Positions 1-6,788 of a DNA stretch of 43,451 bases are shown here, in pieces. The position numbers and the translations under genes were made by a program. How positions within the stretch are numbered: the first letter of the stretch is position 1; each line of letters starts with the position of its first letter. Origin of the DNA: a virus; the IMG/VR virus record IMGVR_UViG_3300049188_000023; one strand, 5' to 3'. The notes under the pieces are model-generated. The model was not told the origin of the DNA. It searched no databases and saw only the letters and a list, made by a program, of their open reading frames with translations.

Positions 1-127
1 ACAACCGGATAGACCAATGAGCAAGACCGTGATTCAGATCGTCCGCGAAGGCCTAAAAGCTGACGGCTACAGCGGCCTCGTTGCGCCGGATAACTCGTGC
101 GGTTGCGCGCTTGACGACTTGCAGCCA
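1..127. repeat. Terminal direct repeat copy 1 (identical to 43325..43451); circular-closure overlap or terminal redundancy
   Basis: acaaccggatagaccaatgagc...gacttgcagcca recurs base-for-base at the other end of the window; the repeat cuts through the first CDS. Confidence 0.95.
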
Positions 128-256
128 TGCGCGGGTGATTTCTCAGGGTGTGTGGCTGGCTACAAGCACTGCGACCCGCTGCGGCCCGGCGTGTGGTCGA
201 TCTTCCGCAGCAAAGAAACGCCCTCGCAGGAGGTGCTCGATGGAATTGAGGATTGA
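17..256 (+). CDS. Hypothetical small Cys-rich early protein (79 aa)
   Basis: In-operon ORF following 42880..43311 across the circular junction; NSCGCALDDLQPCAGDFSGCVAGYKHC cysteine pattern. Confidence 0.6.
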   Translation: MSKTVIQIVREGLKADGYSGLVAPDNSCGCALDDLQPCAGDFSGCVAGYKHCDPLRPGVWSIFRSKETPSQEVLDGIED

Positions 257-259
257 CCT

Positions 260-493
260 ATGACGAATCAAACACAAGACGGCGGGCCGGCGTTTCCGCT
301 GAACGAGCTGAACCACGTGACCGGCGACATTTGTGCGCAGCATTTTGGCTTGACGGTGCGCGACTACTTCGCAGCCAAGGCGATGCAGGCCATCCGCACA
401 GATGTCGAGTTCGATCTCCGGCACGACCCGGACCAAGTTGCGGACCGCGCATACGAGCTGGCCGACGCGATGCTCAAAGCGAGGCAGGCATGA
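260..493 (+). CDS. Hypothetical early protein (77 aa)
   Basis: ATG 4 nt after upstream stop; GGPAFP N-terminal motif; ATGA overlap with next gene. Confidence 0.6.
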   Translation: MTNQTQDGGPAFPLNELNHVTGDICAQHFGLTVRDYFAAKAMQAIRTDVEFDLRHDPDQVADRAYELADAMLKARQA

Positions 494-1131
494 CGAATCA
501 AACACCACTGCCACATGCAGTAGAGCTGCTCCCCTGTCCTTTCTGCGGACGCGTTGGCCTGACGTTCGAGGAAGGCTCCACTTATCGGTGGGGGATCGCC
601 AGTTGTGAGTGGTGCGGCGCAACCGCAGGTGAAACGCGCCGCGCGTACCCTGACGATGGGAAGTGGCATGCCGATGCAATCGCCGCATGGAACAAGCGCG
701 CCACTCCAGCGCAGGCAGCACCTGAGGCCGTGTCGCGCCATGCGCCACAAGCTCGCGCGCTGCTCGATATCGCTCAGTACCTTGCCGGGCACCTGCAGAT
801 GGTGCAAGACCGAATCGATGCAGCCCTAGCCACCCCCTCGGCAGTGCCATCACCTTCTACAGCAGATGATGAGCGCAAGGCGTTTGAGGGGTGGGTGAAC
901 AGAGAGCGCCCGAGCCTGTGGCGCTGCGTCACGACCTACATCGAGCATGCCGATGTGCATGTTCTGACTGCCGCCTGGGAGGCATGGCAAGCCCGCGCCG
1001 CCCTCTCAACAGAGCATCCCTCAGAGCCCCAGAAAGCGAAAGACCCCGGTGCGCATACCGAGGCCTCAGAAGCCGGCCAGGAACCCCCAACCCATGACGG
1101 GAGTGTAGAGCCTGGGGAGGGCCTCCTGTGA
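490..1131 (+). CDS. Lar-family (restriction alleviation) zinc-ribbon domain protein with about 150-aa C-terminal extension
   Basis: Internal ATG at 490 of ORF 253..1131; LLPCPFCG...CEWCG...AIAAWNKRA matches the Lar family pattern as I recall it; ATGA coupling on both sides. Confidence 0.65.
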   Translation: MTNQTPLPHAVELLPCPFCGRVGLTFEEGSTYRWGIASCEWCGATAGETRRAYPDDGKWHADAIAAWNKRATPAQAAPEAVSRHAPQARALLDIAQYLAGHLQMVQDRIDAALATPSAVPSPSTADDERKAFEGWVNRERPSLWRCVTTYIEHADVHVLTAAWEAWQARAALSTEHPSEPQKAKDPGAHTEASEAGQEPPTHDGSVEPGEGLL

Positions 1132-1481
1132 TGTCGCATACACCCGGACCGTTTTCGATCATCACCGACCGCGGCGCAAACGGTGATCTTGTGCCGGCAG
1201 TCAAGTCCGACTCTGTCGGGTGCATCGTCGCGTGGTCGCACGGCAGGACGGATGCTGAGGCGCTTGCGAATGCGCAACTGTTCGCCCATACGCTGGAGCT
1301 GGTCTCGTGCGTTCGCGCGGCAGAGCGGGCGCTGATTGCGATGCAGGTCAATGCGTCAGACCCGGATCTGACGATAGAGCAATCCAAGGCTGAGGCCGTG
1401 AAACATCCGCTAGTCGTACATCTGCGCCGCGTCATCTCCAGGGCAGGCGCGGGTCATGAGCCTGGGGAAGGTGAGCGGTGA
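1128..1481 (+). CDS. Hypothetical early protein (117 aa)
   Basis: GTGATG overlap with upstream stop; ANAQLFAHTLELV resembles the ANARLIAAAPELL motif of common phage proteins of unknown function. Confidence 0.6.
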   Translation: MMSHTPGPFSIITDRGANGDLVPAVKSDSVGCIVAWSHGRTDAEALANAQLFAHTLELVSCVRAAERALIAMQVNASDPDLTIEQSKAEAVKHPLVVHLRRVISRAGAGHEPGEGER

Positions 1482-2005
1482 GCAACCTCACAGAGCGCCT
1501 CGAAGCGCATGCCCAACGGCACGATGAGTTTTACCCGCCGGACGAGGAGCAAACCCAGTGGGCCGCAGATCTGCGAAAGGCCATCGTTGCGATTCACCAG
1601 CGCGACGCCGCACGCCGAGAGTGCAAGCTGTTGACGCACATGGTCATCACGTGTGGTATTGCTGCGTCGCATCCGGACGCGAACCTCACACGCACCGGAG
1701 TCTATGCCGGCGAATGGGATAGCCAGCAAGCCGAGGAAGTACGAGCCCTGCGTGCAGACCGCGACGAACTCGCCCGGCAGCGGGGAGAGCTTGCTGCGCG
1801 TGTGATCGAGCTGCAGGCGGCTCTCCGAGACATCGAAGCCGCTGCCACGTACAGCCCATGCCGCGGCATGGGGGCATGGGAGGGGGTATGGGACGACGCG
1901 TTGGCGAAGCTTATCCAGCGCCACGCACGCCTGCTGCCCCCGGCGCCTGAGCAGTCGCCAACGGTGACCGTGGCGTCAGGTAGCCAGCCAAGCGAGACGA
2001 CCTGA
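1478..2005 (+). CDS. Hypothetical early protein (175 aa), coiled-coil segment
   Basis: GTGA overlap with upstream gene; EEVRALRADRDELARQRGELAARVIELQAALRDIE heptad-like stretch. Confidence 0.55.
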   Translation: MSNLTERLEAHAQRHDEFYPPDEEQTQWAADLRKAIVAIHQRDAARRECKLLTHMVITCGIAASHPDANLTRTGVYAGEWDSQQAEEVRALRADRDELARQRGELAARVIELQAALRDIEAAATYSPCRGMGAWEGVWDDALAKLIQRHARLLPPAPEQSPTVTVASGSQPSETT

Positions 2006-2099
2006 TGACCAAATCCTTCTTTGAAATTTGCTCGGGGCGAGTGGCTAACGCCCTGCCGCCCTGCTCATCCGATCAACCAGATTCACACGGAGGCTCACG

Positions 2100-3266
2100 G
2101 TGAAGGAGCGGCCAATCCTTTTCTCGGCTCCGATGGTCAGAGCCATCCTGTCCGGCACGAAGACCCAGACACGGCGAGCGATGAGGCCGCAGACCACATC
2201 GGGGCCGCACGACATCGCCACGGTGATCAGCACGCCGGATTCGCTGGCCGCGTTCGTGCGCCAGCGTTGCCACTACGGCCAGCACGGCGACCGGCTGTTG
2301 TGTTACCGTTGCGCGCATGAACTCTCAACTCGTGCTGAAGCCCATCCCGGTGTCACCGAACGACGACTACATGGCGGGGTCGGACGGCCAGATTTACAGC
2401 CGAACGAAGTACGCGGGGTTCGGCCGGAAGGAGCGGGTGGATTGGTACCCGCTGGTCGGCCACAGGGACAAGCGCAAGGGCTACTTGCGGGTGTCGCTCT
2501 GCCACGAGAACAAGAAGGTCACGATGTCGGTGCATCGACTCGTCTGCATGGCCTTCCACGGGTTGCCGCCCAGCAAGAGTGCAGAGACGAGGCACCGAGA
2601 CGGCAACCCGGAGAACAACACCCCGGGGAACCTGTGCTGGGGGACCGCTGCGGAGAACTGGCACGACAAGCGCATTCACGGCACATCAACAGTGGGCGAG
2701 AGACATCCGGCAGCGAAGTTCACCGATCTGGAGCGCGAGCACATTCGCTGGGCGATCAGCAAGGGCCTGTGCAGCCAGCGCCAGGCGGCCCTTGCTCTGG
2801 GTGTGGCGCAGTCGTCGATTCAAGGCATCGTGTCGGCGGGTCGCGCCTCTGGGTAAGGGAAGCCTGGGCCGCACCGCGCGCCTTCGACCACCTACCGCCG
2901 CGACTTATCCCGCCCGACGCGGGGTTCCACTACGCCGCTTCAGAGGCCCTCGGCGGCCTGCGCAGTCGTCCCAGCATCCACATGCCGCGGGCCGCCAGCC
3001 GCATCACGCTTGAGATCACCGGCGTGCGGGTGGAGAGGCTGCAGGACATCAGCGAGGCGGATGCGTTGGCCGAAGGCGTGGTTGAGCACCCCACGCTGAA
3101 GGGTCGAGCCTGCAATATCGACGGCGGGCACATGGTGGCCGGTGGCCCGCGCAACGCCTATGCCTGCCTGTGGAACGAGATCAACGGCCCCGGATCCTGG
3201 GACGCCAACCCTTGGGTCTGGTGCATCGAGTTCAAACGGGTGCCTCAAGGGGAGGTGACGGGATGA
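2100..3266 (+). CDS. Conserved phage protein (ASCH/PUA-like, PMVRAILxGxKTQTRR family) interrupted by a 549-552 nt insertion; the 388-codon frame stays open
   Basis: GTG 2100 with GGAGG 7 nt upstream. The N-terminal part ...YGQHGDRL ends at 2297 and the C-terminal part LWVREAWAAP...NPWVWCIEFKRV starts at 2847. The in-frame middle is Arg/Gly/Pro junk. Confidence 0.6.
   Translation: MKERPILFSAPMVRAILSGTKTQTRRAMRPQTTSGPHDIATVISTPDSLAAFVRQRCHYGQHGDRLLCYRCAHELSTRAEAHPGVTERRLHGGVGRPDLQPNEVRGVRPEGAGGLVPAGRPQGQAQGLLAGVALPREQEGHDVGASTRLHGLPRVAAQQECRDEAPRRQPGEQHPGEPVLGDRCGELARQAHSRHINSGRETSGSEVHRSGARAHSLGDQQGPVQPAPGGPCSGCGAVVDSRHRVGGSRLWVREAWAAPRAFDHLPPRLIPPDAGFHYAASEALGGLRSRPSIHMPRAASRITLEITGVRVERLQDISEADALAEGVVEHPTLKGRACNIDGGHMVAGGPRNAYACLWNEINGPGSWDANPWVWCIEFKRVPQGEVTG
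2298..2849 (+). mobile_element. Homing-endonuclease gene insertion inside the ASCH-like gene
   Basis: Segment separating the GDRL and LWVREAW halves that are contiguous in the family as I recall it; almost entirely occupied by the HNH ORF in the +1 frame. Confidence 0.6.
2317..2856 (+). CDS. HNH homing endonuclease (NUMOD4/HNH_3 type) with C-terminal HTH
   Basis: LKPIP...DYMAGSDGQIYS...GYLRVSL...VHRLVCMAF...RHRDGNPENNTPGNLCWGTAAEN; C-terminal LCSQRQAALALGVAQSSIQGIV helix-turn-helix. Confidence 0.85.
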   Translation: MNSQLVLKPIPVSPNDDYMAGSDGQIYSRTKYAGFGRKERVDWYPLVGHRDKRKGYLRVSLCHENKKVTMSVHRLVCMAFHGLPPSKSAETRHRDGNPENNTPGNLCWGTAAENWHDKRIHGTSTVGERHPAAKFTDLEREHIRWAISKGLCSQRQAALALGVAQSSIQGIVSAGRASG

Positions 3267-3502
3267 AGCGCCCCGAGCCACTGAAGCATGGTGAGTGCGA
3301 CGGCTGCCTGACGTTTACCGGGCCACTGATGCCGGTCGGCACCGCCCCTGGTTGGCCGGTGATCGTATGGGAACGCCTGTGCCTTTCATGTCGCTTGAAC
3401 ATGACCCGCAGCAAGTACGCGGTCATGGCGACCGACATCCAGCACAGCAGTCGCGCGGAAACACGGTCGGCTTACAGCGACTGGCTGGCCGCCGAAGCAT
3501 GA
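3263..3502 (+). CDS. Hypothetical Cys-containing protein (79 aa)
   Basis: ATGA overlap with 2100..3266 stop; GGAGGTGA upstream; CDGC...CLSC pairs. Confidence 0.6.
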   Translation: MKRPEPLKHGECDGCLTFTGPLMPVGTAPGWPVIVWERLCLSCRLNMTRSKYAVMATDIQHSSRAETRSAYSDWLAAEA

Positions 3503-3551
3503 CCCCCACCAATAGAGCCCCGCACCGCGGGAAAGAGTAGGAGTCGGGAAG

Positions 3552-3761
3552 ATGAGCGCACTGATTGATACAGCGAAAATCGCCCAACTGCTGGGCGTCA
3601 CCAGGGAGCATGTCACCGACAGGCTGACCAAGCGGCCGGACTTCCCGCGCCCCGCCGTCAACCTGAGTCGGCGCCTGCGCCGGTGGAGCGAGGCAGACGT
3701 TCGGGCGTGGCTCGCGAGTCAGTCCAAGCGGGCAGCAATGTCCGAGGCGGACTCTCGATAG
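3552..3761 (+). CDS. xis: AlpA/Xis-family excisionase or DNA-binding regulator
   Basis: AGGAG RBS; KIAQLLGVTREHVTDRL...DFPRP...RRWSEADVRAWL is the AlpA/HTH_17 pattern; adjacent and convergent to integrase. Confidence 0.75.
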   Translation: MSALIDTAKIAQLLGVTREHVTDRLTKRPDFPRPAVNLSRRLRRWSEADVRAWLASQSKRAAMSEADSR

Positions 3762-4702
3762 TAGGTCTCGAGCAACACCCGCAGGTCCTTGTGCCCGCTG
3801 ATCCGGGCCAGGGTCATTACATCGACCTTGCGGGCAAGCCGCGTCAGCGCCTCGGCGCGCGAGTCGTGGAAATGCAAGTCGGGGATCATCAGCGCGTTGC
3901 GCGCCTTGCGGAACAGTGCGTCCAGGGAGTCGCTGGACAACGTGAACCCTTGATGACCGCGCAGGAGTCGGACCGCCTGTCTCGAGAGCGGAACCGTCCG
4001 CGGCTTCCCGGTGAGGTGCTGCATCTTGTGCTGCACCGTAGCCACCCGTCGCTCGAGATCCACGTTGGCCGGCGACAGGGAAAGAATCTCGCCAGCTCGC
4101 ATGCCGGTGCGCAGGCCGAGCAGGAACGCGAGTGCGACCTGCTGCTGCTTGGTCCGCACCTCCCCCGTTCTGTAGCCGAGCCAACGACACAGGCGCTTCA
4201 CCTCGCTGGGCAGCACGCGCCGGGTGCGGGACGGGTTGTCCCCCGGGCGCCGCATGCCGGTGAATGGCGATGTTCTGCACCATCGCCACTCGTCCCGCGC
4301 GACGGTGAAGACGTGCGAGAGCAGGTTGATGTCGCGCTGTACGGACCCGGCCGAAACCTTCTTGAGCCTCGAGTCACGCCACCTGACCATATCCGGTGTG
4401 TCGATGTCGCTGACGATCTTGCCGGCGATGTCCGGGAAGTCGCGCAGGAACGCCGCGAAGCGCAGGCCCTCCGCTCGAGCGCCGCGCTTGCCGCTACTCA
4501 CCTCCCGCTCGTAGCGGTCCATAGCGTCGGCCAATGTCTTGCGCGGGTAGGCCCCATGCTTGACCGCCAGGAGTGCCGCCTCCTCCTTTGTTGCCCAGCC
4601 GGCCGCCTCGGCCTTGGTATCGAATACGGCAGACTTGCGCACGCCCATGCGCTCGATCTGGGCTCGCCAACGACCGGTCTTGAGCTTCTTGACGTATGCC
4701 AT
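3719..4702 (-). CDS. int: Tyrosine recombinase / phage integrase
   Basis: N-terminal GRWRAQI...FDTKAEAAGWA arm-binding type domain; catalytic region GLRTGMRAGE...HFHDSRAEA...GHKDLRVLLETYY. Confidence 0.92.
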   Translation of the reverse strand: MAYVKKLKTGRWRAQIERMGVRKSAVFDTKAEAAGWATKEEAALLAVKHGAYPRKTLADAMDRYEREVSSGKRGARAEGLRFAAFLRDFPDIAGKIVSDIDTPDMVRWRDSRLKKVSAGSVQRDINLLSHVFTVARDEWRWCRTSPFTGMRRPGDNPSRTRRVLPSEVKRLCRWLGYRTGEVRTKQQQVALAFLLGLRTGMRAGEILSLSPANVDLERRVATVQHKMQHLTGKPRTVPLSRQAVRLLRGHQGFTLSSDSLDALFRKARNALMIPDLHFHDSRAEALTRLARKVDVMTLARISGHKDLRVLLETYYRESASDIAARLD

Positions 4703-4970
4703 GCGGGATTGCGTGCGGGATGCGTGCGGGAACGGCGCGCAGGATACCGTAGCAATCGGCCGGATTCGGTGGCGTTCGGTTGGCTGGTGTTTACAGGGGA
4801 AAACCGGGTTCGGACGGCTTCGGAGTGTTATCCTCGTGGTGCCTCGGACCGGAAACCGAGGCTCAATGGTGACAACGACTTAGAGCGCATGTGCGGGATC
4901 GGTGCGGGCGCAGAGAGTGTTGACGAGGAACTTCCATGACGGATGCGTTCTGCGCTAAGGGGTGACGGCG
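4703..4970. promoter_or_regulatory. Putative attP region with arm-type repeats
   Basis: Five same-orientation TGCGGG(A/C) copies (4702, 4714, 4725, 4892, 4903) flank about 160 bp. That stretch holds two TTCGG pairs at 10-bp spacing (4765/4775, 4809/4819) and the hairpin cctcgg-N8-ccgagg (4842-4861). Confidence 0.6.
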
Positions 4971-5399
4971 TCATCGCTTCAGCGCGGCGTGTTCGCGGTC
5001 TTGGCAGGCGGCAAGCTCTGCTCTGAGGCTATCGGCTCTGGCGGAAAACCGTTCAAGAAACGCTGCATCTGCTCCTGAAAGCTCGGCCCCAGTGGCACCC
5101 TGGCAGGCGGAACGGGAAGGCTCGGGCAGACGACCGGGGCGCTCGCGCAGCCGGTCAAGAGCATCAGTAAGGCGAGCGTTGATGCTGCGAATCTGCGTGT
5201 CTCTGGCATCCTGTGCATCCTGTACCTCGCGCGTGCGCTGTTGTTCGAATCTGCGGGCTTCCCGGTTGGCCTCGGCCGCTTGGGCGGCATAGCGCACCTC
5301 GGTGATCTCAATACCGTGGCTGCGGCCATGGATCCAGGCCCCGGCGGACAGTGCCAGTCCGGCAGCGGCCACCAAGGCGATGAGTGGGAATGAGATCAT
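4971..5399 (-). CDS. Rz: i-spanin (Rz-like)
   Basis: N-terminal TM (ISFPLIALVAAAGLALSAGAW) followed by a charged coiled coil; last gene of lysis cassette; contains an embedded lipoprotein ORF. Confidence 0.8.
   Translation of the reverse strand: MISFPLIALVAAAGLALSAGAWIHGRSHGIEITEVRYAAQAAEANREARRFEQQRTREVQDAQDARDTQIRSINARLTDALDRLRERPGRLPEPSRSACQGATGAELSGADAAFLERFSARADSLRAELAACQDREHAALKR
4979..5218 (-). CDS. Rz1: o-spanin (Rz1-like lipoprotein) embedded in +1 frame of Rz
   Basis: RRFAASTLALLMLLTGCAS lipobox, Pro-rich mature part; GAGG 6 nt upstream of ATG 5218 (alternative ATG 5209). Confidence 0.8.
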   Translation of the reverse strand: MHRMPETRRFAASTLALLMLLTGCASAPVVCPSLPVPPARVPLGPSFQEQMQRFLNGFPPEPIASEQSLPPAKTANTPR

Positions 5400-5485
5400 G
5401 GGTTCGCCTCGCCGTAAAATAGCGAGGCCCGCAGACGACTGCGAATCGCCGCGGGCCTCTGACCAATCAGCAACTGGAGTGCTTC

Positions 5486-5995
5486 ATGGCTAAGGCCGAT
5501 CTTACCGCGCAGCGTTTGCGCGAACTTCTTCACTACGACCCGGTAACGGGCATGTTCACTTGGCGTGTCAAGCGCAATGGTGCGAATGGTGGAGTCAGGC
5601 CAGGCGATACGGCTGGGAAGACGAACCGCGCCGGCTACGTCTACATCGGTATTGACCGCAAGGTGTACTTGGCACACCGCTTGGCGGTGCTGCACGTGAC
5701 CGGCGAGTGGCCGGCCGAGGACGTTGATCACATTGACGGCAGTCCGTCGAACAACGCGATGACGAACCTTCGCGCCGTCACGCATGCGATCAACATGCAG
5801 AACCGCCGCCGCCCAACGAAGGGCAACAAAGCCGGCCTCCTTGGTGTCCACTACATACCATCCGAAAGAAAGTGGGCCGCCGACATTACGGCCGACGGGA
5901 AATGCCCCCGCATCGGACGGTTCCCTACGGCAGAGGCCGCCTACGCCGCCTACCTGAAGATGAAGCGAGCGATCCATGGCGGCTGCACCATCTAA
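5486..5995 (+). CDS. Free-standing HNH endonuclease with AP2-like DNA-binding domain
   Basis: GYVYIGIDRKVYLAHRLAVL...VDHIDGSPSNNAMTNLRAVTHAINMQN, then GVHYIPSERKWAADI...GRFPTAEAAYAAYLKMK (AP2-type); opposite strand to flanking lysis genes. Confidence 0.85.
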   Translation: MAKADLTAQRLRELLHYDPVTGMFTWRVKRNGANGGVRPGDTAGKTNRAGYVYIGIDRKVYLAHRLAVLHVTGEWPAEDVDHIDGSPSNNAMTNLRAVTHAINMQNRRRPTKGNKAGLLGVHYIPSERKWAADITADGKCPRIGRFPTAEAAYAAYLKMKRAIHGGCTI

Positions 5996-6414
5996 GGGAA
6001 AAACACCCGGCGCTTCGATCCTGGCGGCACGGTTTGAACGTGGCACCACGTTTTCGTGGCCGCAGGGTGTTCCAACCACAAGCCGAGGTCTTTGAGCACC
6101 GTGTCTTTGTTCGCGAGGCACCACTCGTCCAGGTCGCCGTCGGGATCGTAGATGTCGGCCGCCAGCCCCAGCAGATGTTTCGACCGTGGCGCGGCGCCGG
6201 GTGTGGATGCATTGACCGCAGGCGGCCGCCAGCCGCTGCTCAGGACCGTTCCAGTGCGCGGGTGCTGCTCCAGGCTCACGCCTGCGGTCTTTGCCAGCAC
6301 CAGGAGCTTGTTCACGATCTCCACGGTCCGCGCCGCGTTGGCACGAATCTGCGTGCTGAGGTCCAGGCCGTGTGTCAGGTCATGTCCCATCAAATAGTCG
6401 GAGACTTTGAGCAT
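5992..6414 (-). CDS. Endolysin, peptidase M15 (VanY/D-Ala-D-Ala carboxypeptidase-like) family
   Basis: SGWRPPAVNA...SKHLLGLAADIYDPDGD...WCH zinc-ligand pattern; sits between holin and spanins. Confidence 0.8.
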   Translation of the reverse strand: MLKVSDYLMGHDLTHGLDLSTQIRANAARTVEIVNKLLVLAKTAGVSLEQHPRTGTVLSSGWRPPAVNASTPGAAPRSKHLLGLAADIYDPDGDLDEWCLANKDTVLKDLGLWLEHPAATKTWCHVQTVPPGSKRRVFFP

Positions 6415-6415
6415 G

Positions 6416-6769
6416 TCAGTCCTTCAGGGTGTCGCGCACTTCGCGCACGGTCTCCAGCGGCCGCGTGCGGAACCGCTGGGCGATCAGTGACAGCCCGCCC
6501 ATGGCGGCCCAGCCGAAGCAGCCGATGAGGCCGTCCAGGGCGGTGTGATGCCGCTCCGGGTCAAACCACGCCGGCCCGGACATCACGAGGTAGTCGCGCA
6601 GCGCATCGCTGAATAGGTACGAGCACCCTAGCGCCACGAAGATGCGCAAGAACGCCTCCTGGCGTGTGATGGTCTTGGGCCCCACTGCTACCGCGATGGC
6701 TGCCCCAACTGCTGCCGGCCACAGTTTCGCAACGAGCCCGGCTACAAATGTCCCGGTCTCGGCTGCCAT
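6416..6769 (-). CDS. Putative holin (3 predicted TM segments)
   Basis: AGGAG 9 nt upstream of ATG 6769; three hydrophobic stretches; immediately upstream of endolysin. Confidence 0.6.
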   Translation of the reverse strand: MAAETGTFVAGLVAKLWPAAVGAAIAVAVGPKTITRQEAFLRIFVALGCSYLFSDALRDYLVMSGPAWFDPERHHTALDGLIGCFGWAAMGGLSLIAQRFRTRPLETVREVRDTLKD

Positions 6770-6788
6770 TTGTGTGTCTCCTGTCGGG

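Noticed and set aside
2298-2849. Intein or group I intron as the explanation for the insertion in the ASCH-like gene
   Set aside because: The endonuclease reads in a different frame from the host gene, and the junctions lack Cys/Ser...His-Asn-Cys/Ser/Thr residues, so it is not an intein. Only about 20 nt of the insertion lies outside the HNH ORF, far too little for a group I catalytic core.
4796-4862. tRNA 3' fragment at attP (ccgggttcggacggc and the cctcgg/ccgagg hairpin)
   Set aside because: There is no canonical GGTTCGAATCC-type T-loop, the loop is 8 nt, and no acceptor-CCA context follows. Similarity to a T-arm is too weak to call.
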